Assembly (NCBI RefSeq): GCF_012290005.1
Contig: NZ_JAAXMS010000007.1
Span: 41,991-105,990 of the forward strand
DNA: 64,000 nt
Direction of reading: 5' to 3'
Source of the DNA: Crateriforma spongiae
Lineage (GTDB): Bacteria > Planctomycetota > Planctomycetia > Pirellulales > Pirellulaceae
Part shown: one piece after another, positions 1 through 10,290 of the stretch
Layout: the number at the start of each line of letters is the position of its first letter
Numbering within the stretch: position 1 is the stretch's first letter
Notes under the pieces: model-generated
The model's input: only the letters and a program-made list of their open reading frames with translations
The model's database searches: none
Told to the model about the DNA's origin: nothing
Translations under genes and position numbers: made by a program

Positions 1-461
1 AAATCGACCCAACGCTTATTCAGATAGCCGACTTCCTTTTGGATGCCCACCGTTTCAAAGCCGTGACGTTGGTGAAACGCCACGCTACGCTGGTTATCCG
101 CGATGATCCGTGCCATCACGTGATGGACGCCATGGCGTCGACAATGATCAAAGATCGCGTTTTGCAGCGGATCGGCGATGCCACGTCCTTGGGCGGCCGG
201 CAAAAGATAGATGGCCGATTCGCACGTGTGCCGAAACCCCTCACGCTGGCTGATCGGTCGTAATGTGGTCCAGCCGATCACCGTCGCGTCATCGTCGACC
301 GCGACATACCAACCGCCCGGTGGCTTTGGCGGGATCCAACGCCGAACCACGCTTTCGGTCCAGCGGATCGTGTCAAACGTTGATCCGCCGGCCGAAACAT
401 AGTGGTTATAGATCTCTGCGATTTCGCTGGCGTCATCGACACAGGCCGGGCGAATCTTCAT
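1..461 (-). CDS. GNAT-family N-acetyltransferase (phosphinothricin-acetyltransferase-like); 3' end lies beyond the window start
   Basis: Not in the ORF track because it runs off the window edge. Reverse-strand translation from ATG 461..459 gives [58 protein letters not shown]...RHGFETVGIQKEVGYLNKRWVD, a typical GNAT/PAT fold sequence. The start lies 16 nt downstream of the metG stop on the same strand. Confidence 0.6.
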   Translation of the reverse strand, partial: MKIRPACVDDASEIAEIYNHYVSAGGSTFDTIRWTESVVRRWIPPKPPGGWYVAVDDDATVIGWTTLRPISQREGFRHTCESAIYLLPAAQGRGIADPLQNAIFDHCRRHGVHHVMARIIADNQRSVAFHQRHGFETVGIQKEVGYLNKRWVD

Positions 462-476
462 GGGCCATGTCGCCGA

Positions 477-2513
477 TCAGTGAACGCGTTGCCCTGGCAG
501 AGCGCCGTCGTCGACTCCTAGGACGAAGACGTCCGCGCCACCGGGGCCGGCCGCGGTCACCATGCCTTCGCTCAGCCCGAATCGCATCTTACGCGGTTTC
601 AAATTGGCGACCATGACGACCAAACGACCGACCAGCTTTTCCGGTTCGTAGGCGGCTTTGATGCCGGCGAAGACTTGACGCGTTTCGTCACCGCCAAGCC
701 CCAGGGTCAACTTCAGCAATTTATTCGCTTCGGGAACCTGTTCGGCCGACAAAACACGAGCGACCCGCAAGTCCACTTTGGCGAAGTCGTCGATGGTGAT
801 TTCATCGGCAATCGGTTCGTCCTGCAGCGGCTGGTCGGAATCGCCAAACGGATTGACGGGCTTTTCGTCAGCGGCCGATTCTTGTTTTCCTTCGTCGATC
901 ATCTTTTGCAAATCCTCTACTTGGACGCGGTTCATCATGCGTTGAAATTTGTTGACCGGGGAACCGACCAACGGCGTTTGCGATTGTTCCCACGACGTGA
1001 TCGGATCATTCAGCAATTCGCCACACTGCTGTGCCAGCTTCGGCAACACGGGGGACAAATAGATGGCCAATTGGCGGAACAGGTTCAGGGCAACCGTGCA
1101 AACGTCACGAAGCTCGTCTTCCCGCTCCGGATCCTTTTTCATCTCCCACGGCTTGGCATGTTCGACGAACGGATTGGCGGCGTCGGCCAATTCCATGATC
1201 AAACGCATGGCTTTGGCGTATTCACATTGTTCATAGGCATCGGCAATGTCCTTGCCCTTCGCCGCGGCGGCTTGGAACAACCCACCATCATCGGGATACG
1301 TTTTGCTAAGGCCCAGTTTGGCGGCGAACTTGCCAACGCGGCTGGCCAGATTAACGACTTTGCCGACCAAGTCGCTGTTGACCTTTTCCGCAAACTCATC
1401 CAACCCCAAGTCCAAATCTTCGACCCGCGACGTCAGTTTCGTTGCATAGAAGTAACGCAGGTAACTGGGGTCCAAGTGTTTCAAGTAGGTTTCCGCCGCG
1501 ACCAACGTTCCGTCGCGTTTGGACATCTTTTTGCCGTCCACGTTCAAAAAGCCGTGGATATGCACTTTGGTCGGCAGACTGAATCCCGCCGTCTTTAGCA
1601 TCCCCGGCCAAAACAGTGTGTGAAAGTAAGTGATGTCTTTGCCGATGAAGTGATGCACTTCACAGTCGTCGCTTTGCCACCAATCGGCCAGCGTTTCGTT
1701 GTTGGCCGCACACCACTGGGCGGTCGACGCGATGTAACCGATCGGGGCGTCGAACCAGACGTACCAGTAGTTGCCTGGTGCGTCGGGGATCTCAAACCCG
1801 AAATAGGGTGCCGGACGACTGATGTCCCAGTCCTTCAGTCCCGCCGACAGAAAGTAGCCTTTCAGGTAGTTCGCCGTTTCGCTTTGCAAGGCATCGGCCG
1901 AATCAACCCAGTCGTTCAAGAAGTCGTGCAGCTTTTCCAATTCCACGAACAGGTGCGTCGCTTCCTTCAGCACCGGCGTCGCACCGCTGAGGGTGCTTTT
2001 GGGATCGATCAATTCGGTGGGCGAATAGGTGTGGCCGTTGTTGCAGTTGTCCCCCGCCTGATCCTCCAGCCCACACACTGGACAAGTGCCACGCACGAAG
2101 CGATCGGCCAGAAACGTCTCCGCCTCGGGGTCGTACAGTTGTTCGATGCTGCGTTCGGCGATCAGCCCGGCCTTGCGAAGGGATTCCCAGAACTGATGGC
2201 AAAGCTGGCGGTTTTCTTCGCTGTGGGTGCTGCCGTAATGGTCAAACCGAATGTCAAAGCCGGCGAAGTCGCGTTGGTGAGCCTCGCTCATGCTGGCAAT
2301 CAACGCTTCTTCGCTGCGTCCTTCGGCCTTCGCCCGGATCATGATCGCCGTGCCGTGGGTGTCGTCGGCGCACATGTAAATCGCGCGGTTGCCCATCAGC
2401 TTTTGAAAGCGGACCCAGATATCGGTCTGGATGTATTCGACCAAGTGCCCGATGTGAATCGGACCGTTGGCATAGGGCAACGCGCTGGTGACCAACAGAC
2501 GTCGTGTCATGAC
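477..2513 (-). CDS. metG: methionine--tRNA ligase (class I aaRS) with C-terminal EMAP/tRNA-binding domain
   Basis: HIGH motif ([15 protein letters not shown]), KMSKS motif (KMSKRDGT), Zn-knuckle CPVCG...CNNGH, and a C-terminal tRNA-binding OB domain (VDLRVARVL...GLSEGMV). True start is ATG at 2513 ([16 protein letters not shown]); the ORF track extends to 2744 by in-frame read-through. Confidence 0.92.
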   Translation of the reverse strand, partial: VMTRRLLVTSALPYANGPIHIGHLVEYIQTDIWVRFQKLMGNRAIYMCADDTHGTAIMIRAKAEGRSEEALIASMSEAHQRDFAGFDIRFDHYGSTHSEENRQLCHQFWESLRKAGLIAERSIEQLYDPEAETFLADRFVRGTCPVCGLEDQAGDNCNNGHTYSPTELIDPKSTLSGATPVLKEATHLFVELEKLHDFLNDWVDSADALQSETANYLKGYFLSAGLKDWDISRPAPYFGFEIPDAPGNYWYVWFDAPIGYIASTAQWCAANNETLADWWQSDDCEVHHFIGKDITYFHTLFWPGMLKTAGFSLPTKVHIHGFLNVDGKKMSKRDGTLVAAETYLKHLDPSYLRYFYATKLTSRVEDLDLGLDEFAEKVNSDLVGKVVNLASRVGKFAAKLGLSKTYPDDGGLFQAAAAKGKDIADAYEQCEYAKAMRLIMELADAANPFVEHAKPWEMKKDPEREDELRDVCTVALNLFRQLAIYLSPVLPKLAQQCGELLNDPITSWEQSQTPLVGSPVNKFQRMMNRVQVEDLQKMIDEGKQESAADEKPVNPFGDSDQPLQDEPIADEITIDDFAKVDLRVARVLSAEQVPEANKLLKLTLGLGGDETRQVFAGIKAAYEPEKLVGRLVVMVANLKPRKMRFGLSEGMVTAAGPGGADVFVLGVDDGALPGQRVH

Positions 2514-2950
2514 AAGTTTGGGCGTTGTGGTGGAAATGAATGGGAAGATCTGGGCACGGAACCGGCGGATTGTAGCGATCCAGAGACAAAGCGACGACGT
2601 GTCTTGTGCGGCGTTCATCCGGCTTGGTCGATGCAACCCAGCCCTCGCACTGGCCGCGGGTGTCGTTGCATGCAATGCCTTCCAAGGCGGGGGATGACGG
2701 TGGCGTTCGCAAACCGGTCGATCGGGGAAAAGATCGAAAAACAATCCGTGAAACTGGAAAAAAACTCAAGTCACGCTCATTGCCCTTGTGGCGATCGACG
2801 GACATCAGGCAGGATCGCCTCGGTGCCGATCCCACCGGTCAGGATGACCACATCATGGTGCGGATTCGGGTACGCCGACCTCGAATCGCGTCGTTTCGCC
2901 GAAACTCGTGCGGACGACACGCCGTCCAATGCGTCCAGGGAGGGACGACC

Positions 2951-4387
2951 TTGACTGGTATCAAGTTCGCGCTAGCGTCCGTCGCTATTTCTTGGTTGTC
3001 GATGCTGTCGGTATCGGCCAACGCCATCTTGGTGGAATTCACGTCCAAGCAGTGCCAGCACTGTGAAACGATGAAGCCCGTGCTGGCACAACTGGAACGA
3101 TCGGGCGTTGCGATCCGCCGCGTCGACGTGTCCAGCGAACCGCATTTGGTCCGCCGCTACGGCGTCCGCCAAACGCCAACCTATCTGGTCATCGCCGACG
3201 GCAAAGAAGTCACACGCTTGGTCGGCAGCCACAGCATCGACGAACTTCGTCAAGCCTTGCAAACCAATCCCGGTGGACCCCACATCCCAACCGGTTCCCA
3301 GCAATCCGCCGCACCGCCACGGGCGGCTGAATTCGCCGACACTCCTCGAACGCGTCTGGCTGCGGCCGGTCCGGGGGCAACAAACCCGCCACGCTTGGCC
3401 GCCTTCGGACGGTCCGACGTTCGACCGCAAAACGTGCCATCCGTTGCCACAGCCGGCAACACGATGTCCGAAACCATGCCGAACGTCACGATGGCCGATG
3501 CGGTGGAACGTGCTCGCGCCGCAACGGTTCGATTACGTGTTTATGACGGCCATGGCTTTGGCGTTGGCACCGGAACGATCATCGATTCGCACGGTGCGGA
3601 ATCGCTGGTCATGACCTGCGGTCACCTGTTCCGCGATACCGACGGCGAAGGCCGGATCGAAGTTGATCTGTTCGTCGGCGGCGAAACCAAAACCGTGCCC
3701 GGCCAATTGGTCGACTATGACGCAGAAGATCGTGACATCGCCGTGGTGGCGATCCAGCCGGGGATCAACATCCAACCGGTCAAGGTCATCAAGCACAGCC
3801 AAAAGGTCACCACCGGACAAGCCGCTTTCAGTTTCGGATGCGACCGTGGTGCCGATCCCTCGCGGCGTGATACCCGCATCACCGGGGTCGACAAGTACAA
3901 CCAACATTTGGGTGTCAGCAATCTGGAAATCGACGGTGCACCGATCGACGGTCGCAGCGGTGGTGGATTGTTCGACCAGAACGGATGTTTGATCGGCGTC
4001 TGCAACGCAGCGGACTACAAAAGTGATGTCGGCATCTATACCGGACCGGGCTCGATTCACTGGCAATTGGAACGCGTGAATCTGACACATCTGGCCCAAG
4101 GCGATGCCGGCACGGCGGTCGCCCCAACGAATCAATTTTCCGCGACCGTACCAGCCGGTGGTTCACCGGCCGCCGAACCACCGGTCCGGTTGGCGGCACT
4201 GGATGCACCGGCAGGAGGATTTGACGCGGGCATTGTTCAGCCGTCGGCCCTGGCAAGTCCGGCCGGCCAAGACCGTCGCGAAGTGATCGTGATCATTCGC
4301 GATCCCGACCAACCCGACACCCAGCCGCGTGTGTTGACCATTCGCCAACCCAGCGAAGCGCTGATGAATTCTTTGATGACGCACTGA
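2951..4387 (+). CDS. secreted thioredoxin-domain / trypsin-like serine protease fusion protein with Pro/Ala-rich C-terminal tail
   Basis: TTG start at 2951 preceded by GGAGGG. Signal-peptide-like LTGIKFALASVAISWLSMLSVSANA. Thioredoxin CxxC (EFTSKQCQHCETMKPV...TPTYLV). Trypsin-like catalytic triad context: H (MTCGHLF), D (DIAVVAI), S (GRSGGGLFDQNGCLIGV). The ORF-track start 2606 is an upstream read-through. Confidence 0.7.
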   Translation: MTGIKFALASVAISWLSMLSVSANAILVEFTSKQCQHCETMKPVLAQLERSGVAIRRVDVSSEPHLVRRYGVRQTPTYLVIADGKEVTRLVGSHSIDELRQALQTNPGGPHIPTGSQQSAAPPRAAEFADTPRTRLAAAGPGATNPPRLAAFGRSDVRPQNVPSVATAGNTMSETMPNVTMADAVERARAATVRLRVYDGHGFGVGTGTIIDSHGAESLVMTCGHLFRDTDGEGRIEVDLFVGGETKTVPGQLVDYDAEDRDIAVVAIQPGINIQPVKVIKHSQKVTTGQAAFSFGCDRGADPSRRDTRITGVDKYNQHLGVSNLEIDGAPIDGRSGGGLFDQNGCLIGVCNAADYKSDVGIYTGPGSIHWQLERVNLTHLAQGDAGTAVAPTNQFSATVPAGGSPAAEPPVRLAALDAPAGGFDAGIVQPSALASPAGQDRREVIVIIRDPDQPDTQPRVLTIRQPSEALMNSLMTH

Positions 4388-4489
4388 TCGGCTGATCGAC
4401 CATCTACAATCGCCACAGCAACGTGGCGATGCCGTCGCCACCGATCTTGCCGTCACGAAGCCATTTGTCATCCCAGGGGGACCGCAACG

Positions 4490-5278
4490 TTGCAACACGT
4501 TGATGTCAAAGTTCACGAAGAAATCGCAACGATCGTTTTGGACCGGCCCCAAGTTCGAAACGCGCTCAGTCCCGGGCTATTGGAAGACCTGAACCAAGCG
4601 TTTTCCGATGTTCATCAAGAAAAACGCGTCAGGGCGGTCGTGCTGACCGGCGCCGGATCCGATTTTTGTAGCGGATTGGACCTGGGGGTTTTGAAAGAGA
4701 TCAACGAGCTTCCTGAATCGGAATCTCTGGCCCAGTCGCACCAGTATTGGCGTCAATGGGCCGAGTCGATTGAAGTCGTCTTGCGCTTTCCAAAACCGGT
4801 GGTCGCCGCGGTCGACGGTCTGGCCGCTGGTGCCGGTCTATCGCTGGCTTTGGCAAGTGACTTGATGGTGCTCAGCCACGGGGCGACCCTGTCGGCGCCG
4901 GCAATCCGTCACGGTTTGGTCGGCGGCATCACGGCATCTCTTTTGGCGTTTCGCCACGGCGGGGCGCTCGCTTCGCAGATGGCGTTATCGGGCGATGCCA
5001 TAAATGCCGAAGCCGCCGTTGCCCGCGGCATCGCCTGCCATGCGGTGGATTCCGAACAAATCTGGGTGGCCGCTTGCGACTGGGCGCGGCGTTGCACCCA
5101 GGGGCCTGCCGCCGCGATCCAAGCCACCAAACGTGTGATCAATGAATCGATCGGTGAAGCACTGATCAGCCAGATTTCCGCTGCCGCCGCCGCCGGTGCT
5201 GCCGGTTGCAGCCACGAAACCGCCGCCCAGGGAATCCAAGCCTTTGTCGAAAAAACGGACCCTCAGTGGCATGGTTGA
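4490..5278 (+). CDS. enoyl-CoA hydratase/isomerase (crotonase) family protein
   Basis: Crotonase signature VVLTGAGSDFCSGLDL...AAVDGLAAGAGLSLALASDL. Probable TTG start with a GGGGG SD 8 nt upstream. Confidence 0.85.
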   Translation: MQHVDVKVHEEIATIVLDRPQVRNALSPGLLEDLNQAFSDVHQEKRVRAVVLTGAGSDFCSGLDLGVLKEINELPESESLAQSHQYWRQWAESIEVVLRFPKPVVAAVDGLAAGAGLSLALASDLMVLSHGATLSAPAIRHGLVGGITASLLAFRHGGALASQMALSGDAINAEAAVARGIACHAVDSEQIWVAACDWARRCTQGPAAAIQATKRVINESIGEALISQISAAAAAGAAGCSHETAAQGIQAFVEKTDPQWHG

Positions 5279-5479
5279 TGCATGCAGGCGGGGGGCGTAA
5301 CGACGAACAAGATGACGCGATGATGCGTCTAGATGGACCATGGATAAGGTTCGTTTTGATCCCGCGAACACGAGGCCCATGGTGATGCACCCCCCAACCG
5401 GCCCGCTTTGCCGTCGCCAGGATCGATTCGGCCACCTATGATGACCGCCACAGCAAGCTTACATCAGCATGAATGAGTC

Positions 5480-7315
5480 ATGTTCGCCATCCTGCATGCA
5501 AGATCGGGTCCCGACAAAGATCGAAATTACACCCTCGATCCGTCCCGACCTGCGCATATCGGACGTGGCACCAGCTGTGAAATCTTGCTGACCGATCCGA
5601 TGAGTTCGCGGTTCCATGCCGTCGTTTTTTTCGAAGACGGGAATTGGCATCTTCGCGACACCAGCAGCCGAAACGGTACCCTGGTCAATGGCCAGAAAGC
5701 GGACACCGCTCGGCTGCTGGACAAGTCGATCATCACGATCGGCGAAACGGATCTGCAATTGGTCGAAGGCGACGCGGAAGATGTCGAAGAATCATCGATC
5801 AAACAAACCTGGGTTGCCGATCCCGATGATCTGAAAGAACGCTTGCAGGATCGGGAGGTCGATCCGATCAACAAGCTGGCACAGACGGAATACCTACTGG
5901 ATTTGTACCAGTTAAGTCTGAATCTGATGTCGGGTTCCAGTGGCGTCGACACCATCGAAACGGTGCTGGAACTGTTGCGCGATCGCACCGCCGCATCGGG
6001 TGTCACCCTGTATCACGAAACACACGAAGGACGGCTGGTTCCGCAATCCAGCTATCCCAAGGATTCGCACAAACGCCTGCAACTTAGCCGACGGCTGATC
6101 CGACGCATTCAACGCAGCAGCGATCCGATGTGGATCGATCGCGAATACGATCCGAAGGTGCGTGGCGAAATCAAGGCGGCCGACGGCAAGCCATGGTCGG
6201 ATGTGATTGTTTGTCCGCTGTCCATCGACGACAACGCGATCGGAATGCTGGCGATGTTCCGTGATGAATCGGCGTTCGATCACCAGCATTATGATTTCGT
6301 CGTGGCGGCATCGCGGTTATTGGCGATCGGTTTGGTCCAATATCAAAAGACACATTCGTTGGCGGTCGAACGCGCCCACTTGGCCGAACGCAATGCCGAA
6401 GGCCCCGAGTTGATTGGTCAGTGTGACGCAATGACTCGGTTGAAAGAACGAATCACCCGGGTCGGTCGCGCCAGCGGATCGGTGTTGATCCGCGGCGAAT
6501 CAGGCAGCGGAAAAGAACTGGTCGCGCGGGCGGTTCATCGCGCCAGCCCGCGTGCCGATCGACCGATGTTGACGGTCAACTGTGCCGCGATTCCACAGGA
6601 TCTGATTGAAAGCCAGTTGTTCGGTCACAAGAAGGGTTCCTTCACCGGCGCCGATACCGATCACGTCGGTTGGTTCGAACAAGCCCACACCGGAACGCTG
6701 TTTTTGGACGAAATCGGCGAACTGACTTTGGAAGGTCAAGCGAAGCTGTTGCGAATCTTGGAAGGCCATCCGTTCTTGCCCGTCGGTGCGACCGAACAAG
6801 TGTTGGTGGATGTGCGGGTGATCGCGGCGACCAATCGCGACTTGGCTGAATTTGTCCGCGAAGGCCATTTCCGCGAAGACCTGTTTTATCGACTCAGCGT
6901 TTTTGAATTGTTCGTCCCACCGCTGCGTGAACGCGAAAGTGATCTGGATCTGTTGATCGATCACTTCTTGGCCCATTTCTGTCGCCAGCATGGTCGGCTG
7001 AAATTACGTTTGTCCGAAGACGCACGCGACCGGATGCACGAATACCCCTGGCCTGGGAACGTCCGGCAATTAAGGAACGTCATTGATAGTGCGGTTGTGA
7101 TGGCGGACGATCCGATGATCCAAGCCGACGATTTAGGGCTGCGCGACGCGGGGATCAGCCGCTTGGACACGCTGCGTATCGACGAATGGGAACGGCGATT
7201 GATCCGACAAGCTTTGGAAAAAAGCGAAGGCAGCGTTCCCAAGGCCGCCAAAATGTTGGGAATCAGTCGTGCGACGGCTTATCGAAAAATTGCCGAGTAT
7301 GACATCCAAAAATAG
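5480..7315 (+). CDS. sigma-54-dependent transcriptional activator with N-terminal FHA domain and central GAF domain (FHA-GAF-AAA+-Fis HTH)
   Basis: FHA (HIGRGTSCEILLTDPMSSRFHAVVFFEDGNWHLRDTSSRNGTLVNG). Sigma-54 AAA+ core (GESGSGKELVARAVH, GAFTGA-like GSFTGA, ESQLFGH). C-terminal Fis-type HTH (AAKMLGISRATAYRKI). Confidence 0.88.
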   Translation: MFAILHARSGPDKDRNYTLDPSRPAHIGRGTSCEILLTDPMSSRFHAVVFFEDGNWHLRDTSSRNGTLVNGQKADTARLLDKSIITIGETDLQLVEGDAEDVEESSIKQTWVADPDDLKERLQDREVDPINKLAQTEYLLDLYQLSLNLMSGSSGVDTIETVLELLRDRTAASGVTLYHETHEGRLVPQSSYPKDSHKRLQLSRRLIRRIQRSSDPMWIDREYDPKVRGEIKAADGKPWSDVIVCPLSIDDNAIGMLAMFRDESAFDHQHYDFVVAASRLLAIGLVQYQKTHSLAVERAHLAERNAEGPELIGQCDAMTRLKERITRVGRASGSVLIRGESGSGKELVARAVHRASPRADRPMLTVNCAAIPQDLIESQLFGHKKGSFTGADTDHVGWFEQAHTGTLFLDEIGELTLEGQAKLLRILEGHPFLPVGATEQVLVDVRVIAATNRDLAEFVREGHFREDLFYRLSVFELFVPPLRERESDLDLLIDHFLAHFCRQHGRLKLRLSEDARDRMHEYPWPGNVRQLRNVIDSAVVMADDPMIQADDLGLRDAGISRLDTLRIDEWERRLIRQALEKSEGSVPKAAKMLGISRATAYRKIAEYDIQK

Positions 7316-7341
7316 CCGGCCAATCCAAAGGTAGCCGGCCT

Positions 7342-9060
7342 GTGAAGATGGCTGCGAAGCTGAAAAACGTTCCCACCCGGTCTGTCGACGATTCCCCGTT
7401 CCGCTGGGCGGTCGATGGTTCCGAATGGCTGCTGTTGACCCTGCTGATCTTTGGATTCAGCGGCGATTTGCCCCCGATGGTCAACGAAGCCCATTACCTG
7501 GTCAAAGCAAAGAACTTTTGGAATCCGGATTGGTGCTCGGGCGACCTGTTCGCCGCATCGGGCAAGGCACATGCCACTTTCTATTGGGTGTTCGGTTGGC
7601 TGACCAAGTTCTTCAGCCTGGAAACGACGGCCTGGATCGCGAGGTGGATCGGATGGGCACTATTGGCCGCCGGGCTTCAACGGTTGTGCCGCGCGGTGTT
7701 CGGCCGACCTTGGTTTGCATGGACCGTCTTGGTTCTGTGGGCCGTCGGAATTGAACGCGCGAACTTGGCCGGCGAATGGGTGTTCGGTGGCACCGAGGCA
7801 AAGATCCCTGCTTACGGTTTGCTGCTGTTTGGGATCACCGCGATGGTGCGGCAACAGTGGAATCGCTGTTGGATATTCATGGGCGCATCGTCGGCGTTCC
7901 ACGTTTTGGTCGGCGGATGGAGCGTGTTGTCGGCGATGCTGGTTTGGGGGCTGACGCAGCGACCGATTTGGCATCGCCCCCTGGCATCGATGTCGATTCC
8001 CCTGCCGCGCATTTTCCAGCCGGGGTTGTTCATCGGTGGTTTGGTAGCCTTGGCGGGGTTGGTTCCGGCGCTTTGGCTGACGATTCACCAACCACAGGAA
8101 TTGTCCGTTCAAGCGGCGAAGATCTACGTCTACGTTCGTCTGCCCCACCATTTACTGTCCAGCAGTTTTCCCGCCCACTGGTTTACGCGGCATTTAGGGC
8201 TGATCGCAATCGCCGCGGTGATGACATGGATCTACGATCGACGTTTGCGATTTTCCGATGGAAACCAATCGCATGCCAATGGTGTGATCCGACGTCTGTC
8301 GATATTCACGTCGGGAACCGTATTGATCGCATTGATCGGCTGGTTCGTGGATGTGGCGCCCTGGTTTGGATCCGATTTCAAAGCAAGCGTGCTGCGATAC
8401 TATTGGTTTCGCATGACCGATGTGATGGTGCCACTGCAGTTAGGTGTGGCGACCACCGGTGTGATGGTGTCATCGCTGCGGGCAAGCGACGAAGCCGGCG
8501 GTGGGATGATCAGTCGACGCCGTCCAGCAACGTTGATCGCACTGATATTGATCACCATTGCGATCGTGCTGGCAACGCAGACGACGTATCGGCGGGTTGC
8601 GCTGGGGGTTCCGCCGTCGGCCAGCAATCGATTGTTGGGCTATGACCCGCACGCTCCGGTTCATGTGCAACGCAAAGTCTTTGCGGATTGGCTGAAGGTT
8701 TGTGACTTCATCCGCTACAGCACCGACACGGGCGAAGTGTTTTTGACGCCGCGGCATCAGCAGACGTTCAAGTGGTACGCCCAGCGGGGCGAGGTGGTGA
8801 ACTTTAAAGACGTTCCACAGGATGCGGAATCATTGATCCAGTGGGAACAACGGTTTCGCGATGTCTTTCCTCAGCGGCTTGGCACCATGCGAGTCACGAT
8901 CCAGTATTCCAAGCTACGTGAGTATCGCCGGAAATACGGCGTGCGTTACATGTTGGTCGACCGCCGCGTCTGCGGGCAACACTTGCCATTGGTCCAGGTG
9001 TATCCACGCGATCCGGAAACCAATGACACCTACGCGATCTACGAATTACCGCCGCTGTGA
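7342..9060 (+). CDS. polytopic membrane protein (>=10 predicted TM helices) with C-terminal soluble domain; GT-C-like glycosyltransferase candidate
   Basis: Many hydrophobic segments. Paralogous to the 51942..54047 protein (shared TFYWVFGWLTKFF / TYFWVAGYSGDFF region). Start is GTG 7342 or ATG 7348. Confidence 0.55.
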   Translation: MKMAAKLKNVPTRSVDDSPFRWAVDGSEWLLLTLLIFGFSGDLPPMVNEAHYLVKAKNFWNPDWCSGDLFAASGKAHATFYWVFGWLTKFFSLETTAWIARWIGWALLAAGLQRLCRAVFGRPWFAWTVLVLWAVGIERANLAGEWVFGGTEAKIPAYGLLLFGITAMVRQQWNRCWIFMGASSAFHVLVGGWSVLSAMLVWGLTQRPIWHRPLASMSIPLPRIFQPGLFIGGLVALAGLVPALWLTIHQPQELSVQAAKIYVYVRLPHHLLSSSFPAHWFTRHLGLIAIAAVMTWIYDRRLRFSDGNQSHANGVIRRLSIFTSGTVLIALIGWFVDVAPWFGSDFKASVLRYYWFRMTDVMVPLQLGVATTGVMVSSLRASDEAGGGMISRRRPATLIALILITIAIVLATQTTYRRVALGVPPSASNRLLGYDPHAPVHVQRKVFADWLKVCDFIRYSTDTGEVFLTPRHQQTFKWYAQRGEVVNFKDVPQDAESLIQWEQRFRDVFPQRLGTMRVTIQYSKLREYRRKYGVRYMLVDRRVCGQHLPLVQVYPRDPETNDTYAIYELPPL

Positions 9061-9083
9061 TCACGACCGTGATGGCAAAGCAG

Positions 9084-10185
9084 TCAATCTTCGAACAATG
9101 CTTCGAATTGATCTTCGGACAAACGCGTCAAACGCTGGTACAAACGATCCGTTTTCGTCGATTGCTGTCCATCGGCTAGCGTCTGCCAGATCGATTGCCG
9201 CATGTCCGGTTTGGCAACGACAGGGTCTAAAATCAAAGCGTCGACTGAATCATCCGCGTCGCCAGAAACTTTCAAGAGCAAACCGGCGCGCAACGCGCGG
9301 GCACGGCGGACTTTGGCTGACAGTCGACGTTCCAAGCGGATCGGGTTGATATCGACGCTCTCGCCATCTTCGTTGGTGGATAGCTCGTCCAAGGTGGCAC
9401 GGACGTCGGCTTCGACGGCTTTTCGGATCTCGTTTCCGGTGATCGTGCGGTCACGATCTTGATCCAGCGAAGCCAAAAACAGTGCGTCCGCCGATGCGAC
9501 CTGTTCGGCTGTCTGCCGAGGTGCTCCGCCACCGTGCCGACCGCGGCCGCCACCATGACCACCACCACCGTGATGGCTATGGCCGCCACCGCCTTGTCGC
9601 ATCGATCCTCCCGACGCGCCGCCACCCCGTTGTCCGCCACCGGATCGCAGTTCTTTCCAGGCAGTTTGGTATTCCTCAAAGCTGACCTCGCCGTCGGACG
9701 ACGCCGGATGAGAACTCATGTAAGCGTTGATCTCGTCGCCTTTCCAAAGGCCGTCTCGGTCTCTATCCATCGAATCGAAACGTGCTCTCAACGACGCCTC
9801 GTCTGTGGGAGGTCCGCCGCCGCGATTCCCACCGGAACCACCGCCGCGGTTGCCACCCCCACGATTGCGACCGGATGCTTGGCCACGTCCCGACGATGAC
9901 GAATCGCCGGGTTTGCCGTAACCGAGGGGCCGAACTTGTCTGACCAAATCGATCAAACGAATGCCCTGCTCTGCGTCACCGCCAGCCTCCGCGATTGCGG
10001 ACGTCAGGTGGTGTGCGATCTCATCAATGGCTGATTCGGCAGCGTCCTGATTCCGCGTCGTTTGCTGCTTCGCGACGGTTTCTGGGGCGGAACCCTGTGC
10101 ACACGCGATGGTCGCACCCGCGATCAGCCCTAAAGCGATCAAGGTGGCAATCAACTTGGTGACGGAACTCCAGGAACGAAACATC
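9084..10185 (-). CDS. secreted EF-hand calcium-binding protein with Gly/Asn/Arg- and Gly/His-rich low-complexity regions
   Basis: True ATG at 10185 (MFRSWSSVTKLIATLIALGLIAGATIACAQG, signal peptide). EF-hand loops DRDRDGLWKGDE and DQDRDRTITGNE. Low-complexity GGGNRGGGSGGNRGGG and GGGHSHHGGGGHGGGRGRHGGG. Confidence 0.6.
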
Positions 10186-10290
10186 GGTGAAAGAATTTGC
10201 AGTGTGTCCGGGGCCGTGATGAGTGTCATGGTGCACCAAGGGATAAACGCCGCAGCAAGAAAGAAGTATCGGTCAGAAATGGGACAGAAA

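Noticed and set aside
2606-2950. ORF-track N-terminal extensions (2606 for the Trx-protease, 22877 for the NanM-SSS gene, 40761 for ALDH, 10370 for the EF-hand protein, 11604 for the PepSY-TM protein, 33116 for flotillin)
   Set aside because: They are in-frame read-through upstream of better starts (SD-preceded ATG/TTG, signal peptides beginning at the internal Met). Several would overlap the neighbouring gene.
2514-2950. Searched the larger intergenic regions (2514-2950, 18571-18851, 42430-42793, 56219-57000, 60125-60390) for tRNA/tmRNA-like sequence as possible island integration sites
   Set aside because: I could not recognise an acceptor/T-arm (GGTTCGAATCC-like) pattern. Absence is by eye only; tRNAscan or Infernal should confirm.
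675-2954. Long ORFs on the + strand (675..1598, 1620..2954) overlapping metG
   Set aside because: They are antisense to a confidently identified aaRS gene and their products are low-complexity or Arg-rich, typical of high-GC antisense read-through.
9059-9077. Short inverted repeat (ATCAC-gacc-GTGAT) in the 23-nt gap between the convergent 7342 and 9084 genes
   Set aside because: A 5-bp stem with no U-tract is too weak to call a terminator.
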